From contig JBBTXE010000001.1 of assembly GCA_038062455.1 (NCBI GenBank), positions 186,371-250,370 of the forward strand: a stretch of DNA of 64,000 bases, written 5' to 3'. A model generated the notes under the pieces. The model worked only from the letters and a program-made list of their open reading frames with translations, did not search any database and was not told where the DNA came from. The DNA comes from Patescibacteria group bacterium. Its GTDB lineage: Bacteria; Patescibacteriota; Microgenomatia; UBA12405. This document shows positions 54,027-63,432 of the stretch, one piece after another (position 1 is the stretch's first letter; the number at the start of each line of letters is the position of its first letter). The position numbers were made by a program, and so were the translations under genes.

Positions 54027-55689
54027 AATTCTTTTGTTTTTACTTTTAATCCCCGCTTTCTTTTTTCTTCTTCGTCCCGGTGAATATTGGAACATGCATG
54101 ACGATATGCAGGTCATCAGACAATTGGAAATGGAAAAGTGCTTCAAAGACGGTCAGATACCCTGCCGCTGGTCTCCGGATTTAGGCTACGGCTACGGCTA
54201 CCCCCTGTTCAACTATTACCCCCCACTGCCATACCTGGTTGGTGAAATTTTTCGTGTTTTTGGATTCAGTTTTATCGCTGCCGTTAAACTAACTGCCATC
54301 GCCCAAATTCTTTTATCGGCTCTGGCAATGTATATCTGCGCCGGAGCTATTTTTGGATCCCTGGGCGGTGCTCTATCAGCTCTTTTTTACACTTATGCTC
54401 CCTATCGCAATCTAAACATTTATGTCCGGGGAGCTATGAACGAAGCCTGGGCTTCGGTTTTTTTCCCCCTAATCTTTTATTTTTCCTACCAGATTATTAT
54501 TACCAAAAAATTTTCCCCAAAACATTCCCTTCTTCTGTCCCTATCAACTTGTGGCCTGTTGCTGTCTCACAATCCCATGGTTCTTATCTTCATCCCGCTG
54601 ACGCTTCTCTGGATTGCCTATTGGCTCTTCCGCCGTCGTTTTGATTGGGCCAAGATCAGGACGTTGGGTTTAGCTGCCGTTCTGTCTCTGGGTCTTTCCG
54701 CCTTTTATACTCTGCCGGTTTTATTTGAAAGCAAACTGGTTCAAATCGAATCCATGTTCCAAAACTACTATCATTATTCAGTTCATTATGTCTCGGTTTA
54801 CCAGCTTTTTATCAGTAATTTCTGGAGTGATGGGCCCTCTGTCTGGGGGACGGCTGATCAAATGTCCTTTATGGTTGGCTATCTTCATTGGATTGTTCCA
54901 ACCATTTTGCTTGTTTATTCGCTGTTTCTTTATTACCGGAAGAAATACCTCGCTACTTCCCAACTTGTCATCTTATTATCCCTCATGGGTTTTGCCGTCA
55001 CCTTTATGGCTCACCAAAAAAGTGTTTTTATCTGGCAGCTTTTTCCTTCAGTCCAAAAAATTCAATTTCCCTGGCGCTTTCTCAATCCGGCCGCCTTTCT
55101 TTTTTCTCTATCCGTTGGAGCCCTGGCTTTTTATCTTGAAAAAACCAATCCCAAGCCAAAATTTATATACCTAATTACTTTATCCGCTGTCATCCTTTTA
55201 TTGGCTTTAAACTGGCCGCACATCACTCCCATCACTCATGGCCCGATCACCGACAATCAAAAAATGGGAGGTAAGGCCTGGAACAATCAGATTACTTCGG
55301 GAATTTACGACTATTTACCCAAAACAGCTTCTACCGCCGCCAAAGCGCCGGCTCAAAAAGTGGTTGATGAGATCTCGCCGCCGGTAAACTATCGAATAAG
55401 CGGTGACAAATCAGGTACAGATTGGCTATTTTTTAATCTAGACCTCAAGGAAAACGCCACTATCACTCTCGCTCGTTTAGCCTTTCCTGGTTTCAAATTG
55501 TTTGATTTTCAACAAGAAATTAAATATTTTATCGAACCATCTTTAGGCCGCTTCCGATTTGACCTTCAGGCCGGAAACCACCAGATTTATCTTAAGCTTT
55601 ACAATACTCCGATTAGAACCATCGCTAATTATTTGTCATTATTATCCTGGACCTTCCTGATATGGAAACTTTTAAAGTTGAAGAAATAA
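54016..55689 (+). CDS. Polytopic membrane protein (YfhO/COG5617-like, GT-C-like)
   Basis: Prefer ATG 54016 (MKIKILLFLLL). The first loop HDDMQVIRQLEMEKCFKDGQIPCRWSPDLGYGYGYPLFNYYPPLPY is typical of that family. Confidence 0.5.
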   Translation: MKIKILLFLLLIPAFFFLLRPGEYWNMHDDMQVIRQLEMEKCFKDGQIPCRWSPDLGYGYGYPLFNYYPPLPYLVGEIFRVFGFSFIAAVKLTAIAQILLSALAMYICAGAIFGSLGGALSALFYTYAPYRNLNIYVRGAMNEAWASVFFPLIFYFSYQIIITKKFSPKHSLLLSLSTCGLLLSHNPMVLIFIPLTLLWIAYWLFRRRFDWAKIRTLGLAAVLSLGLSAFYTLPVLFESKLVQIESMFQNYYHYSVHYVSVYQLFISNFWSDGPSVWGTADQMSFMVGYLHWIVPTILLVYSLFLYYRKKYLATSQLVILLSLMGFAVTFMAHQKSVFIWQLFPSVQKIQFPWRFLNPAAFLFSLSVGALAFYLEKTNPKPKFIYLITLSAVILLLALNWPHITPITHGPITDNQKMGGKAWNNQITSGIYDYLPKTASTAAKAPAQKVVDEISPPVNYRISGDKSGTDWLFFNLDLKENATITLARLAFPGFKLFDFQQEIKYFIEPSLGRFRFDLQAGNHQIYLKLYNTPIRTIANYLSLLSWTFLIWKLLKLKK

Positions 55690-57116
55690 AAAAACTAACT
55701 ACCAAAAGTGTCTTTTATCTTTCTATCAGAAACTTTGGTATTCAGATAGTTGCTGTCCTTGGTTTCTTTTTATTAACCCTCCTTTTGGGTGCCCGTGAAG
55801 TTGGACTTTTTGCCATCGTGGCTGAATCAATCGCTATTTTGGGCTACTTTTCCGACATCGGTCTGGCCTCGGCTCTGATTCAGCGAAAGGAAAAAATCGA
55901 GGATAAAGACCTTCAAACCACCTTTACCATTCAGCAGATACTGGTTTTTTTGGGTCTGCTTATTATCGCTCTGATCTATCCTCGAATTGCCGTCCCCAGA
56001 CACTACGGTTCCAAAGAATTCTGGATTTTACTTTCTCTTTGCTTTTCCTTCCTTTGCGCTTCCCTAAAAACCATCCCTTCAGTTTTGTTGGAACGAAAAC
56101 TGGATTTTAAAACTCTTTCCCTGATAGATATGGTCGAAAACATGCTTTTCTACACCATTGCCGTTATTTTTGCCTTTGCCGGTTTTGGCGCCTTCTCCTA
56201 CGCCATCGCCACCTTTGTCAAAAGTATTGTCGGCCTTATCCTGATGTATCGGTTTCAATCCTGGCCGATAGGTATTAGCTTTTCCTGGGATAGCCTCAAA
56301 AAACTTCTTCAATTCGGTATCCCCTTTCAACTGAATTCTTTTATCGCTTTGGCCAAAGACCGTCTCTCCAATCTATTAGTGGCCGGTATTCTTGGCCGCG
56401 AGGCTTTTGGGCTTCTCTCCTGGGCTCAAAAGGGCTCTCGAATTCCACTTTCTTTCATGGACGCCATCATGAAGATTACCTTCCCCACCTTCTCCCGAAT
56501 CCAAAATGATTTTGAACTTCTTCGGAAGTCTATTTCCCGAAGTATCTATTTTATTGCTCTGGTGGTATTCCCCTCCCTTTTGGGAATAACCTTAGTTGCC
56601 GCTGATTTAGTTGCCGTCATCCCTAAATATGGCAAGTGGCAACCGGCTCTTTTGCCTCTTTACTTTTACGCCCTTTCCTTTGCTATCGCCGCCGTTACCA
56701 CCCCCATCACTAACGCCTTTAACGCCGTCGGCAAAATAAAAATAACTACCAAGCTAATGATAATGTGGACCATATTAACCTGGATCTTTTTCCCTATTTT
56801 AAGTCTGAAGTTTGGATATATCGGCACCTCGATTGCCGCCCTTTTAGTCGGCCTAAGTTCCGTTTTTGCCTGGCTTCTCTGCCAAAAACATTTTCAGGTC
56901 AATATTTTTTCCACTGTTTTCAAACCCTTTCTAGCCTCCCTGCTGATGCTTGTCGTCTGTTTACCACTAAATAATTTATTTCCCTCACCGCTCTATCGTC
57001 TGGTCTCCAAAACCTTCATCGGTCTTTTGGTCTACTCCCTCTTTCATTGGAAATATAGCCGTTCTGAAATTACTTGGTTTCTGTCTCAAGCAAAATGGCT
57101 AAAAAGAAACGCCTAA
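55662..57116 (+). CDS. Wzx-like oligosaccharide flippase (MOP superfamily)
   Basis: 484 aa, ~14 TM; N-terminal SVFYLSIRNFGIQIV and overall polysaccharide-biosynthesis-protein layout. Confidence 0.7.
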   Translation: METFKVEEIKKLTTKSVFYLSIRNFGIQIVAVLGFFLLTLLLGAREVGLFAIVAESIAILGYFSDIGLASALIQRKEKIEDKDLQTTFTIQQILVFLGLLIIALIYPRIAVPRHYGSKEFWILLSLCFSFLCASLKTIPSVLLERKLDFKTLSLIDMVENMLFYTIAVIFAFAGFGAFSYAIATFVKSIVGLILMYRFQSWPIGISFSWDSLKKLLQFGIPFQLNSFIALAKDRLSNLLVAGILGREAFGLLSWAQKGSRIPLSFMDAIMKITFPTFSRIQNDFELLRKSISRSIYFIALVVFPSLLGITLVAADLVAVIPKYGKWQPALLPLYFYALSFAIAAVTTPITNAFNAVGKIKITTKLMIMWTILTWIFFPILSLKFGYIGTSIAALLVGLSSVFAWLLCQKHFQVNIFSTVFKPFLASLLMLVVCLPLNNLFPSPLYRLVSKTFIGLLVYSLFHWKYSRSEITWFLSQAKWLKRNA

Positions 57117-58750
57117 TTTTTATTCTGGTATTTTCTATCTGTCTCCTTGTTCAGGTGATTCCGGTAATCAGAAGCGGGGTTACCACTTCTTCCGGTATTT
57201 CTTTTTGGGGGTCAAACGGTCACGACGGAGTCTGGCATCTGGCCCTGATCAATCACATCAACAATCCTTTGTCTATAAAAATGCCGATATTTTCCGGAGA
57301 AGTGCTTAAAAATTATCATCCCTTTTTTGATATTTTAATTGCCTTTTTATCCAGATTGACCTACATCAGCCCCTCATTTTGGTTATTTCAGCTCTTTCCG
57401 CTTCTATCAGCCTCACTTTTTATTTTTCTAAGTTTTCGTCTCGGGCAAATTCTTACTAAAAGTTTTTCCGGCGGAATTTTATTAATGATATTAAATTGCG
57501 CCAATAATTCTTTCGGCTGGCTAATTACTTTATTCCGCTCCGGCAGCCTCAATGGCGAGTCTTTATTTTGGGCCATGCAGTCCCCAAGCAACCAGCTCAA
57601 CCCACCTTTTGCCCTGTCTATCCTGCTCTTAACTCTGCTTATTTATATTCTGGCAAAAAATACTAACAAATTAAACAAAGCCAGCCAATCGACAATTTTT
57701 CTGATTCTCGTTTTATTGCCGGTTATCAAAGTCTATTCGGCCCTTCCCGCCTTTTTTATATTTTTAATTTATTGTCTTAAAAATCGACGCTATTTTTTAA
57801 ATCTGTTTATTTCACTCTTTATCGCCTTTCTTTTATTTGCTCAACACAACCCCCTCTCTTCTTCACTTTTAGTTTTTAAGCCTTTTTGGTTTACCAACTC
57901 CTTAATTGAATCCCCCGACCGCTTTTTTTTACCGCAAATTGCCAATATGCGTTATTCACTTGAAGCCACCGGACTCGTTGGGCCGAGACTGTTTCTAATC
58001 TATCTGTTTAGTCTAATTGTCTTTCTGGCTGGTAATCTAGCCTGGAGAATTCTGTCTTTTATTGACTGGGTCAAAAACAAAAACTGGCTAAATTTTAGTC
58101 TTTTTGCTAGCTCTCTTATTTTAATTTTAGTTCCTACACTATTTATTCAATCGGGGACCAGCTGGAACACTATTCAGTTTATTTATTACGCCCTCTTTCT
58201 TCTCAACCTCCCTCTTTGCCATTTTCTAATTGTCACCAAACAAAAAATTCTCACTCCAATCATTGTCGTTTCTTTGTTTTTTCCTCTTTTAGGCTCCTTG
58301 CCCTCATTTTTAGGCTCTCCGGCTCCGGCCAATCTTTCTACCCCGGAGCTCGAAGCTCTCTCGTTTTTATCAACTCAACCGCCGGGAGTTGTCCTGACCT
58401 ATCCTTATGATAAATATGAAAAATTTAAATTTACTAAAACCCCCATCCCCCTCTATGCCTACGAAACTACATCCTATGTTTCCGCCTATTCAAAGCAAAT
58501 CACCTATCTTGAGGATGAAATGAACTTAGCCAACTCCGGATTTGACTGGCAAAGTCGTCGACAAAACTCTCTGGATTTTTTTAAGCAGCTCGATATCTTT
58601 AAAGACCGGGGCTTCTTAGTCAACAACCAAATTGATTATATTTATCTAGTTGACGACCAAAAAGAAAATCTTAATCTAAACAAGCTGGATCTTTCTCTCA
58701 AAAAGATTTTTGAAAACCGGCAAAGTTTAATTTATCGGGTCCAAAGGTGA
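57095..58750 (+). CDS. Polytopic membrane protein (possible GT-C or polymerase-like)
   Basis: Prefer ATG 57095 (MAKKKRLIFILVF); ~13 TM plus a C-terminal soluble domain; no firm motif. Confidence 0.4.
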   Translation: MAKKKRLIFILVFSICLLVQVIPVIRSGVTTSSGISFWGSNGHDGVWHLALINHINNPLSIKMPIFSGEVLKNYHPFFDILIAFLSRLTYISPSFWLFQLFPLLSASLFIFLSFRLGQILTKSFSGGILLMILNCANNSFGWLITLFRSGSLNGESLFWAMQSPSNQLNPPFALSILLLTLLIYILAKNTNKLNKASQSTIFLILVLLPVIKVYSALPAFFIFLIYCLKNRRYFLNLFISLFIAFLLFAQHNPLSSSLLVFKPFWFTNSLIESPDRFFLPQIANMRYSLEATGLVGPRLFLIYLFSLIVFLAGNLAWRILSFIDWVKNKNWLNFSLFASSLILILVPTLFIQSGTSWNTIQFIYYALFLLNLPLCHFLIVTKQKILTPIIVVSLFFPLLGSLPSFLGSPAPANLSTPELEALSFLSTQPPGVVLTYPYDKYEKFKFTKTPIPLYAYETTSYVSAYSKQITYLEDEMNLANSGFDWQSRRQNSLDFFKQLDIFKDRGFLVNNQIDYIYLVDDQKENLNLNKLDLSLKKIFENRQSLIYRVQR

Positions 58751-58762
58751 TAAACTATTACC

Positions 58763-59692
58763 ATGAGGCCGTTAATTTCCGCTGTTATTAATGTCCGTAA
58801 CGAGGCCGATGACTTAAGTAAATGTCTCCGTTCCCTTCGGGACTTTGCGGACGAAATAATTGTGGTCGACATGCACTCTACCGACGCCAGTGTCTCAATT
58901 GCTCAAACTCTTGGGGCCAAGGTATTTTCCTTTCGTCCCATGAAACATGTCGAGCCGGCTCGAAACTTTGCCCTTTCCAAGGCCACCGGCCGATGGATAA
59001 TTCTTCTCGACCCCGATGAATATCTTTCCAAAACTCTAAAACGGGAACTAAAACGGATTACTGCCCGCACGGACATCGATTTTGTCCGCATCCCCCGGAA
59101 GAATTTAATTTTAGGAAAATGGTTTCGCCACTCCAACTGGTGGCCGGATTACCTTATTCGCTTTTTCAGACGAGGACAGGTTAACTGGAACAAAGAAATC
59201 CATAGTCAGCCCACCACCAAAGGCAATGGCCTGACCCTTCTTGACTCCGAAAAACTGGCCATTCGTCACCACAATTACCGATCAATTAACCAGTTTGTCT
59301 CTCGGGCTCTCCGCTATAGTGCCATTCAGGCCGACGAACTCTTCGCTTCCGAATATAAACTCAAAACCAGTGATTTTGTGCTTAAACCCGTTCAGGAATT
59401 TAACAGTCGCTTTTTTGCCTCGGAAGGCTACAAAGACGGCATTCATGGTTTGGTTTTTTCGATTCTTCAAGCCTTTGCCATTGCCCTAATCTATATCAAG
59501 TTTTGGGAGAGACAGGGAGCATCGGAAAAAGTTGTTGCCAAAGATTCCTTTGTCTCTGCCAGTCAGGAAACGGTCTATGAATATTCTTATTGGTTTACCA
59601 AATATTTTCGGGAAGAATACAGTCAGAATATATTTAAAAACTTTTTTATTCGACTCCGTCTTTTATTGGACCGGCTGACCAAAAATTTCTAA
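58763..59692 (+). CDS. Family-2 glycosyltransferase
   Basis: ISAVINVRNEADDL, VVDMHSTD, LDPDE. Confidence 0.75.
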   Translation: MRPLISAVINVRNEADDLSKCLRSLRDFADEIIVVDMHSTDASVSIAQTLGAKVFSFRPMKHVEPARNFALSKATGRWIILLDPDEYLSKTLKRELKRITARTDIDFVRIPRKNLILGKWFRHSNWWPDYLIRFFRRGQVNWNKEIHSQPTTKGNGLTLLDSEKLAIRHHNYRSINQFVSRALRYSAIQADELFASEYKLKTSDFVLKPVQEFNSRFFASEGYKDGIHGLVFSILQAFAIALIYIKFWERQGASEKVVAKDSFVSASQETVYEYSYWFTKYFREEYSQNIFKNFFIRLRLLLDRLTKNF

Positions 59693-60613
59693 ATGATCGC
59701 CAAAGTCGCCGTTATTATCTTAAATTGGAAACAACCCCGGCTTACTCTTGATACCGTTAATTCTTTTTTAAAAATCAATCACTCTGGCTTCGATTATCAA
59801 ATTATTTTAATTGACAACGGTTCTCCCGATAATTCATTTAAAATCTTTCAAAAAAATTTTGATAAACATCCTCTGGTTACTCTGCTTCAAACCGGATCAA
59901 ATCTGGGTTATGTCGGTGGCAACAATTTTGGCATTAAATATGGACTAAAAAAGAAATTTGATCACTTTCTAATTGTTAATAATGATGTCTTGGTTGATCT
60001 TCAGTTTTTAAATATTTTAATTAAGGAAATTGCCAAACATCCCCAAAGTATTTTGGCCCCCAAAATCTATTTTGCTCCCGGCTTTGAATTTCACCGGGAT
60101 CGCTACCGCCAAAAAGATTTGGGAAAGGTCATTTGGGCCATGGGGGGGAAAATAGATTGGCAAAATGTCTACGGGAGCAATCTGGGAATTGATGAAGTCG
60201 ATACCGGCCAATATAACCGCCAACCCCCGAAACCTGACTTTATCAGCGGTTGTTGTTTTCTGGTCAACCGACGCTTTTTCCAAGAAGTTGGTCTCTTTGA
60301 TGAAAAATATTATCTATATCTTGAAGATGCCGATCTTTCCCGCCGGGCCGTTAACTTAGGATACCAGCTGGCTGTTGTCCCGAAATCCATAATCTGGCAT
60401 GTCAATTCCGGATCCTCCGGCGCCGGCAGTCCGCTTCATGACTACTTTCTTACCCGAAACCGGCTTCTGTTTACCTTTCGTTACGCTAGCCTTCGGACCA
60501 AATTTGCCGTTTTTCGCGAATCTCTCCGCCATCTAATTACTGGCCGAAATTGGCAAAAAAGGGGAGTCATTGACTTTTATTTAGGCCGTTTAGGTAAAGG
60601 TTCATGGAAATAA
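59693..60613 (+). CDS. Family-2 glycosyltransferase (rhamnosyltransferase-like)
   Basis: VAVIILNWKQ, IDNGSPDNS, NLGYVGGNNFG, YLEDADLSRR. Confidence 0.8.
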   Translation: MIAKVAVIILNWKQPRLTLDTVNSFLKINHSGFDYQIILIDNGSPDNSFKIFQKNFDKHPLVTLLQTGSNLGYVGGNNFGIKYGLKKKFDHFLIVNNDVLVDLQFLNILIKEIAKHPQSILAPKIYFAPGFEFHRDRYRQKDLGKVIWAMGGKIDWQNVYGSNLGIDEVDTGQYNRQPPKPDFISGCCFLVNRRFFQEVGLFDEKYYLYLEDADLSRRAVNLGYQLAVVPKSIIWHVNSGSSGAGSPLHDYFLTRNRLLFTFRYASLRTKFAVFRESLRHLITGRNWQKRGVIDFYLGRLGKGSWK

Positions 60614-61401
60614 GCCATCCCCGACTAAGCATAATTGTTCTGGCCGGTAACGAAGCCGAAGTCATTGAAGACTGCCTAAAAAGCTGTCTTTTTGCCGATG
60701 AACTGATTGTGGTTTTAGCCAATTCCAGCGACACCACTAAAGAAATTATCCGTGACCTTTTCCCCGAAACAAAAATCATCGTCACTGCCGATGAGTACAA
60801 CAAAAATTTCAGTAAATGGCGCAACCTTGGCCTGTCCTCCGCTGCCGGTGATTGGATTCTTTATGTCGACGCCGATGAAAGAGTCACCCAAAATTTGAAA
60901 GATGAAATAATTCAGACTATTCAAGAATCGGGGGCCTTTGCCTACTATGTTATTCCCCGATTTAATTATTTTCTTGGAAAACGGGTAAAATACGGCGGCA
61001 CCTATCCTGACTACGTCAAAAGGCTATTTCGCCGTTTCTGTTTTTCCGGTTTTGAGGGGATTCTTCATGAAGAACCAAAAGTAACCGGAGATCTTGGTTA
61101 TTTAAAATCGGCTCTGACTCACCTGACTCACCGTTATCTGGAAACAATGGTTGATAAAACCCTTTCCTGGACAGAAATACAAGCCAAACATCTCTACGAA
61201 TCCAAACATCCGCCGCTTTTCTGGTGGCGTTTTCCCCGGATGTTTTTCTGGAAATTCTGGCGCCGTCTAATCAAAGAACAATCATTTAAAGACGGCGCCG
61301 TCGGCTGGATTTCTACCATCTTTGAGAGTTTCGATACCTTTATTATTTATGCTAGACTTTGGGAACTCCAACATTATGGAAAAACGAGCCGCTATCTATG
61401 A
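60604..61401 (+). CDS. Family-2 glycosyltransferase
   Basis: LSIIVLAGNEAEVI, YVDADERV. Confidence 0.75.
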   Translation: MEISHPRLSIIVLAGNEAEVIEDCLKSCLFADELIVVLANSSDTTKEIIRDLFPETKIIVTADEYNKNFSKWRNLGLSSAAGDWILYVDADERVTQNLKDEIIQTIQESGAFAYYVIPRFNYFLGKRVKYGGTYPDYVKRLFRRFCFSGFEGILHEEPKVTGDLGYLKSALTHLTHRYLETMVDKTLSWTEIQAKHLYESKHPPLFWWRFPRMFFWKFWRRLIKEQSFKDGAVGWISTIFESFDTFIIYARLWELQHYGKTSRYL

Positions 61402-62560
61402 TCCTTATCTTGACACCCTTGGCGGCGGTGAACGCTATTGCCTTACTGTGGCTGAAATATTGCTTATAGCCGGCTGGCAGGTTGATCTTTTTTGGTCAGG
61501 GGACGAAAACATTATCGAATCGGCCCAAAACCGTTTTTCCTTAGCTCTCGGCGGTCTTCACCTAATCCCCGATATTTTTGGACTGGTGCCTCAATTTATT
61601 GACCAAATCGATGGTGAACTTCCTCGAGAACACTTTGCCACCCGCCAATCTCCTTCGCCTTCGTTATTAAAAAAAATCCTGTCTCTTAAAAATAAATACC
61701 AAATTCTTCACCGCTATGACCTTTTGTTTTATCTTAGCGACGGCAGTTTCCCTTTTCTATTCGCCAAAAAGAATCTTTTTCATGTTCAGGTTCCCTTTAA
61801 AAACAATGGCACCAACCACCCTATATTAAACAAGTTGATCAAAAGCCGCCTTATATATCGGATAATATGCAATTCGTCTTTTACCGCATCCTTCATTAAT
61901 AACGATTTAAAATCCAAAACTTCGGTTATTTTCCCGCCGGTATCGGTGGCTAATTTTGAAGCTGCTCCCCAAAAACTAAACCAAATTCTGTCAGTTGGCC
62001 GTTTTGATAATATTCTTAACCTCAAAAGACAGGACCTGCTGATTGAAGTCTTTGCCAAATTTATCCGCCAAAACCCCGCCACCGACTGGAAACTAATTCT
62101 GGCCGGTAGCAGTCAAAGTGAGCAAAATTGCAATCACTACCTTCTTCACCTTCGTCAGTTGGCTAAATCCCTTCCAATCGAATTCAGCGTCAATCCCGAT
62201 TTTCCGACTTTAAAAAATATTTATTCTCAAAGCAAACTTTATTGGCACGCTGCCGGCTACGGTATAGATGAATCGAAAAACCCGGAAAAAGCCGAACATT
62301 TCGGCATATCTCCGGTTGAAGCTATGGCCTCCGGGGTTGTCCCCCTGCTGGTTAAAAAAGGCGGACTTAAAGAAATTATAACTGACGGCCAAGACGGCTT
62401 TTTCTGGGATACGCCCGATGAACTTTTGGCCAAAACCCAACTTCTAGTCAGCACCAAGTCAGATTTATCCCGATTGGCCCAAAATGCCCAAAAATCATCT
62501 CAAAGATTTTCCAAAGAAATTTTTTGCCAAAAATTATTAGAGCTTATTAATACCCCGTGA
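61376..62560 (+). CDS. Family-4 (GT-B) glycosyltransferase
   Basis: Prefer ATG 61376 (MEKRAAIYDPYLDTLGGGERYC); EHFGISPVEAMASGVVPL (EX7E region). Confidence 0.8.
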   Translation: MEKRAAIYDPYLDTLGGGERYCLTVAEILLIAGWQVDLFWSGDENIIESAQNRFSLALGGLHLIPDIFGLVPQFIDQIDGELPREHFATRQSPSPSLLKKILSLKNKYQILHRYDLLFYLSDGSFPFLFAKKNLFHVQVPFKNNGTNHPILNKLIKSRLIYRIICNSSFTASFINNDLKSKTSVIFPPVSVANFEAAPQKLNQILSVGRFDNILNLKRQDLLIEVFAKFIRQNPATDWKLILAGSSQSEQNCNHYLLHLRQLAKSLPIEFSVNPDFPTLKNIYSQSKLYWHAAGYGIDESKNPEKAEHFGISPVEAMASGVVPLLVKKGGLKEIITDGQDGFFWDTPDELLAKTQLLVSTKSDLSRLAQNAQKSSQRFSKEIFCQKLLELINTP

Positions 62561-63426
62561 AAATTTCCGTTATAGTTACCAATTGGAACGGTCTTTCCTT
62601 TTTAAAGAAATACTTTGAAAAAACAGTCATTGCTTCTCCCGAAGCTGACGAAATAATTTTTGCCGATGATACTTCCAAAGATGATAGTGTTGCTTTTATC
62701 AAAACACTTCAAAAAAAATACCCCCGGATAAAAATCATCTCCCACCAAAAAAATCAGGGTTTTGGCAAAAACAGCAACAATGCTGTCAAAAAAGCCATTG
62801 GCGAGTTAGTCGTGCTTCTAAATAGCGACATTGACCCACATCAGGGATATATAACCAATTGTCTTTCCCATTTTAATGATCCTAAGGTCTTTGGCGTCGG
62901 TTTTTCTGAGCTAAATCACGAAAATTACGGCAAAATATTTTGGAAAAATGGCTATATCCAAATCGAGCCGGGCATTTCGTCTAAAACTCACATCTCCGCC
63001 TGGCTCTCCGGTGGTTCCTCTATTATCCGCCGTTCGGAATTTCTTCGTCTGGGCGGTTTTGATGCAGTCTACGAACCCTTTTATTTTGAAGACTTAGACC
63101 TTGGTCTTCGTGCCTGGCGCTCCGGCTACAAATTACTTTGGGAACCTGCCGCCGTTGTTGAACACCAACACGAATCAACCATGTCCAAAAAACCCAAATC
63201 TTTATTAACCTATGTTAAGGAAAGAAATCATCTTATCTGTGTCCGCCGGAACATTACTAGTCCCGGCCTCCTTCGGCAAAACTCCCTCTTTTCAACTTTT
63301 CGGGTCTTCTCCGGTCCCAATTATATTAAAATTATTTTGGCCGCTTCCCGCCAGCTAAAAAAATATCCTCCTTCAATTGTTTTCCCTGCCCTGACTGATC
63401 TTCAGGTTTTTTCCCTATTTAAATAG
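62557..63426 (+). CDS. Family-2 glycosyltransferase
   Basis: GTG start; ISVIVTNWNG, ADDTSKDDS, NQGFGKNSN, YFEDLDLGLR. Confidence 0.8.
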   Translation: MKISVIVTNWNGLSFLKKYFEKTVIASPEADEIIFADDTSKDDSVAFIKTLQKKYPRIKIISHQKNQGFGKNSNNAVKKAIGELVVLLNSDIDPHQGYITNCLSHFNDPKVFGVGFSELNHENYGKIFWKNGYIQIEPGISSKTHISAWLSGGSSIIRRSEFLRLGGFDAVYEPFYFEDLDLGLRAWRSGYKLLWEPAAVVEHQHESTMSKKPKSLLTYVKERNHLICVRRNITSPGLLRQNSLFSTFRVFSGPNYIKIILAASRQLKKYPPSIVFPALTDLQVFSLFK

Positions 63427-63432
63427 TTCTCT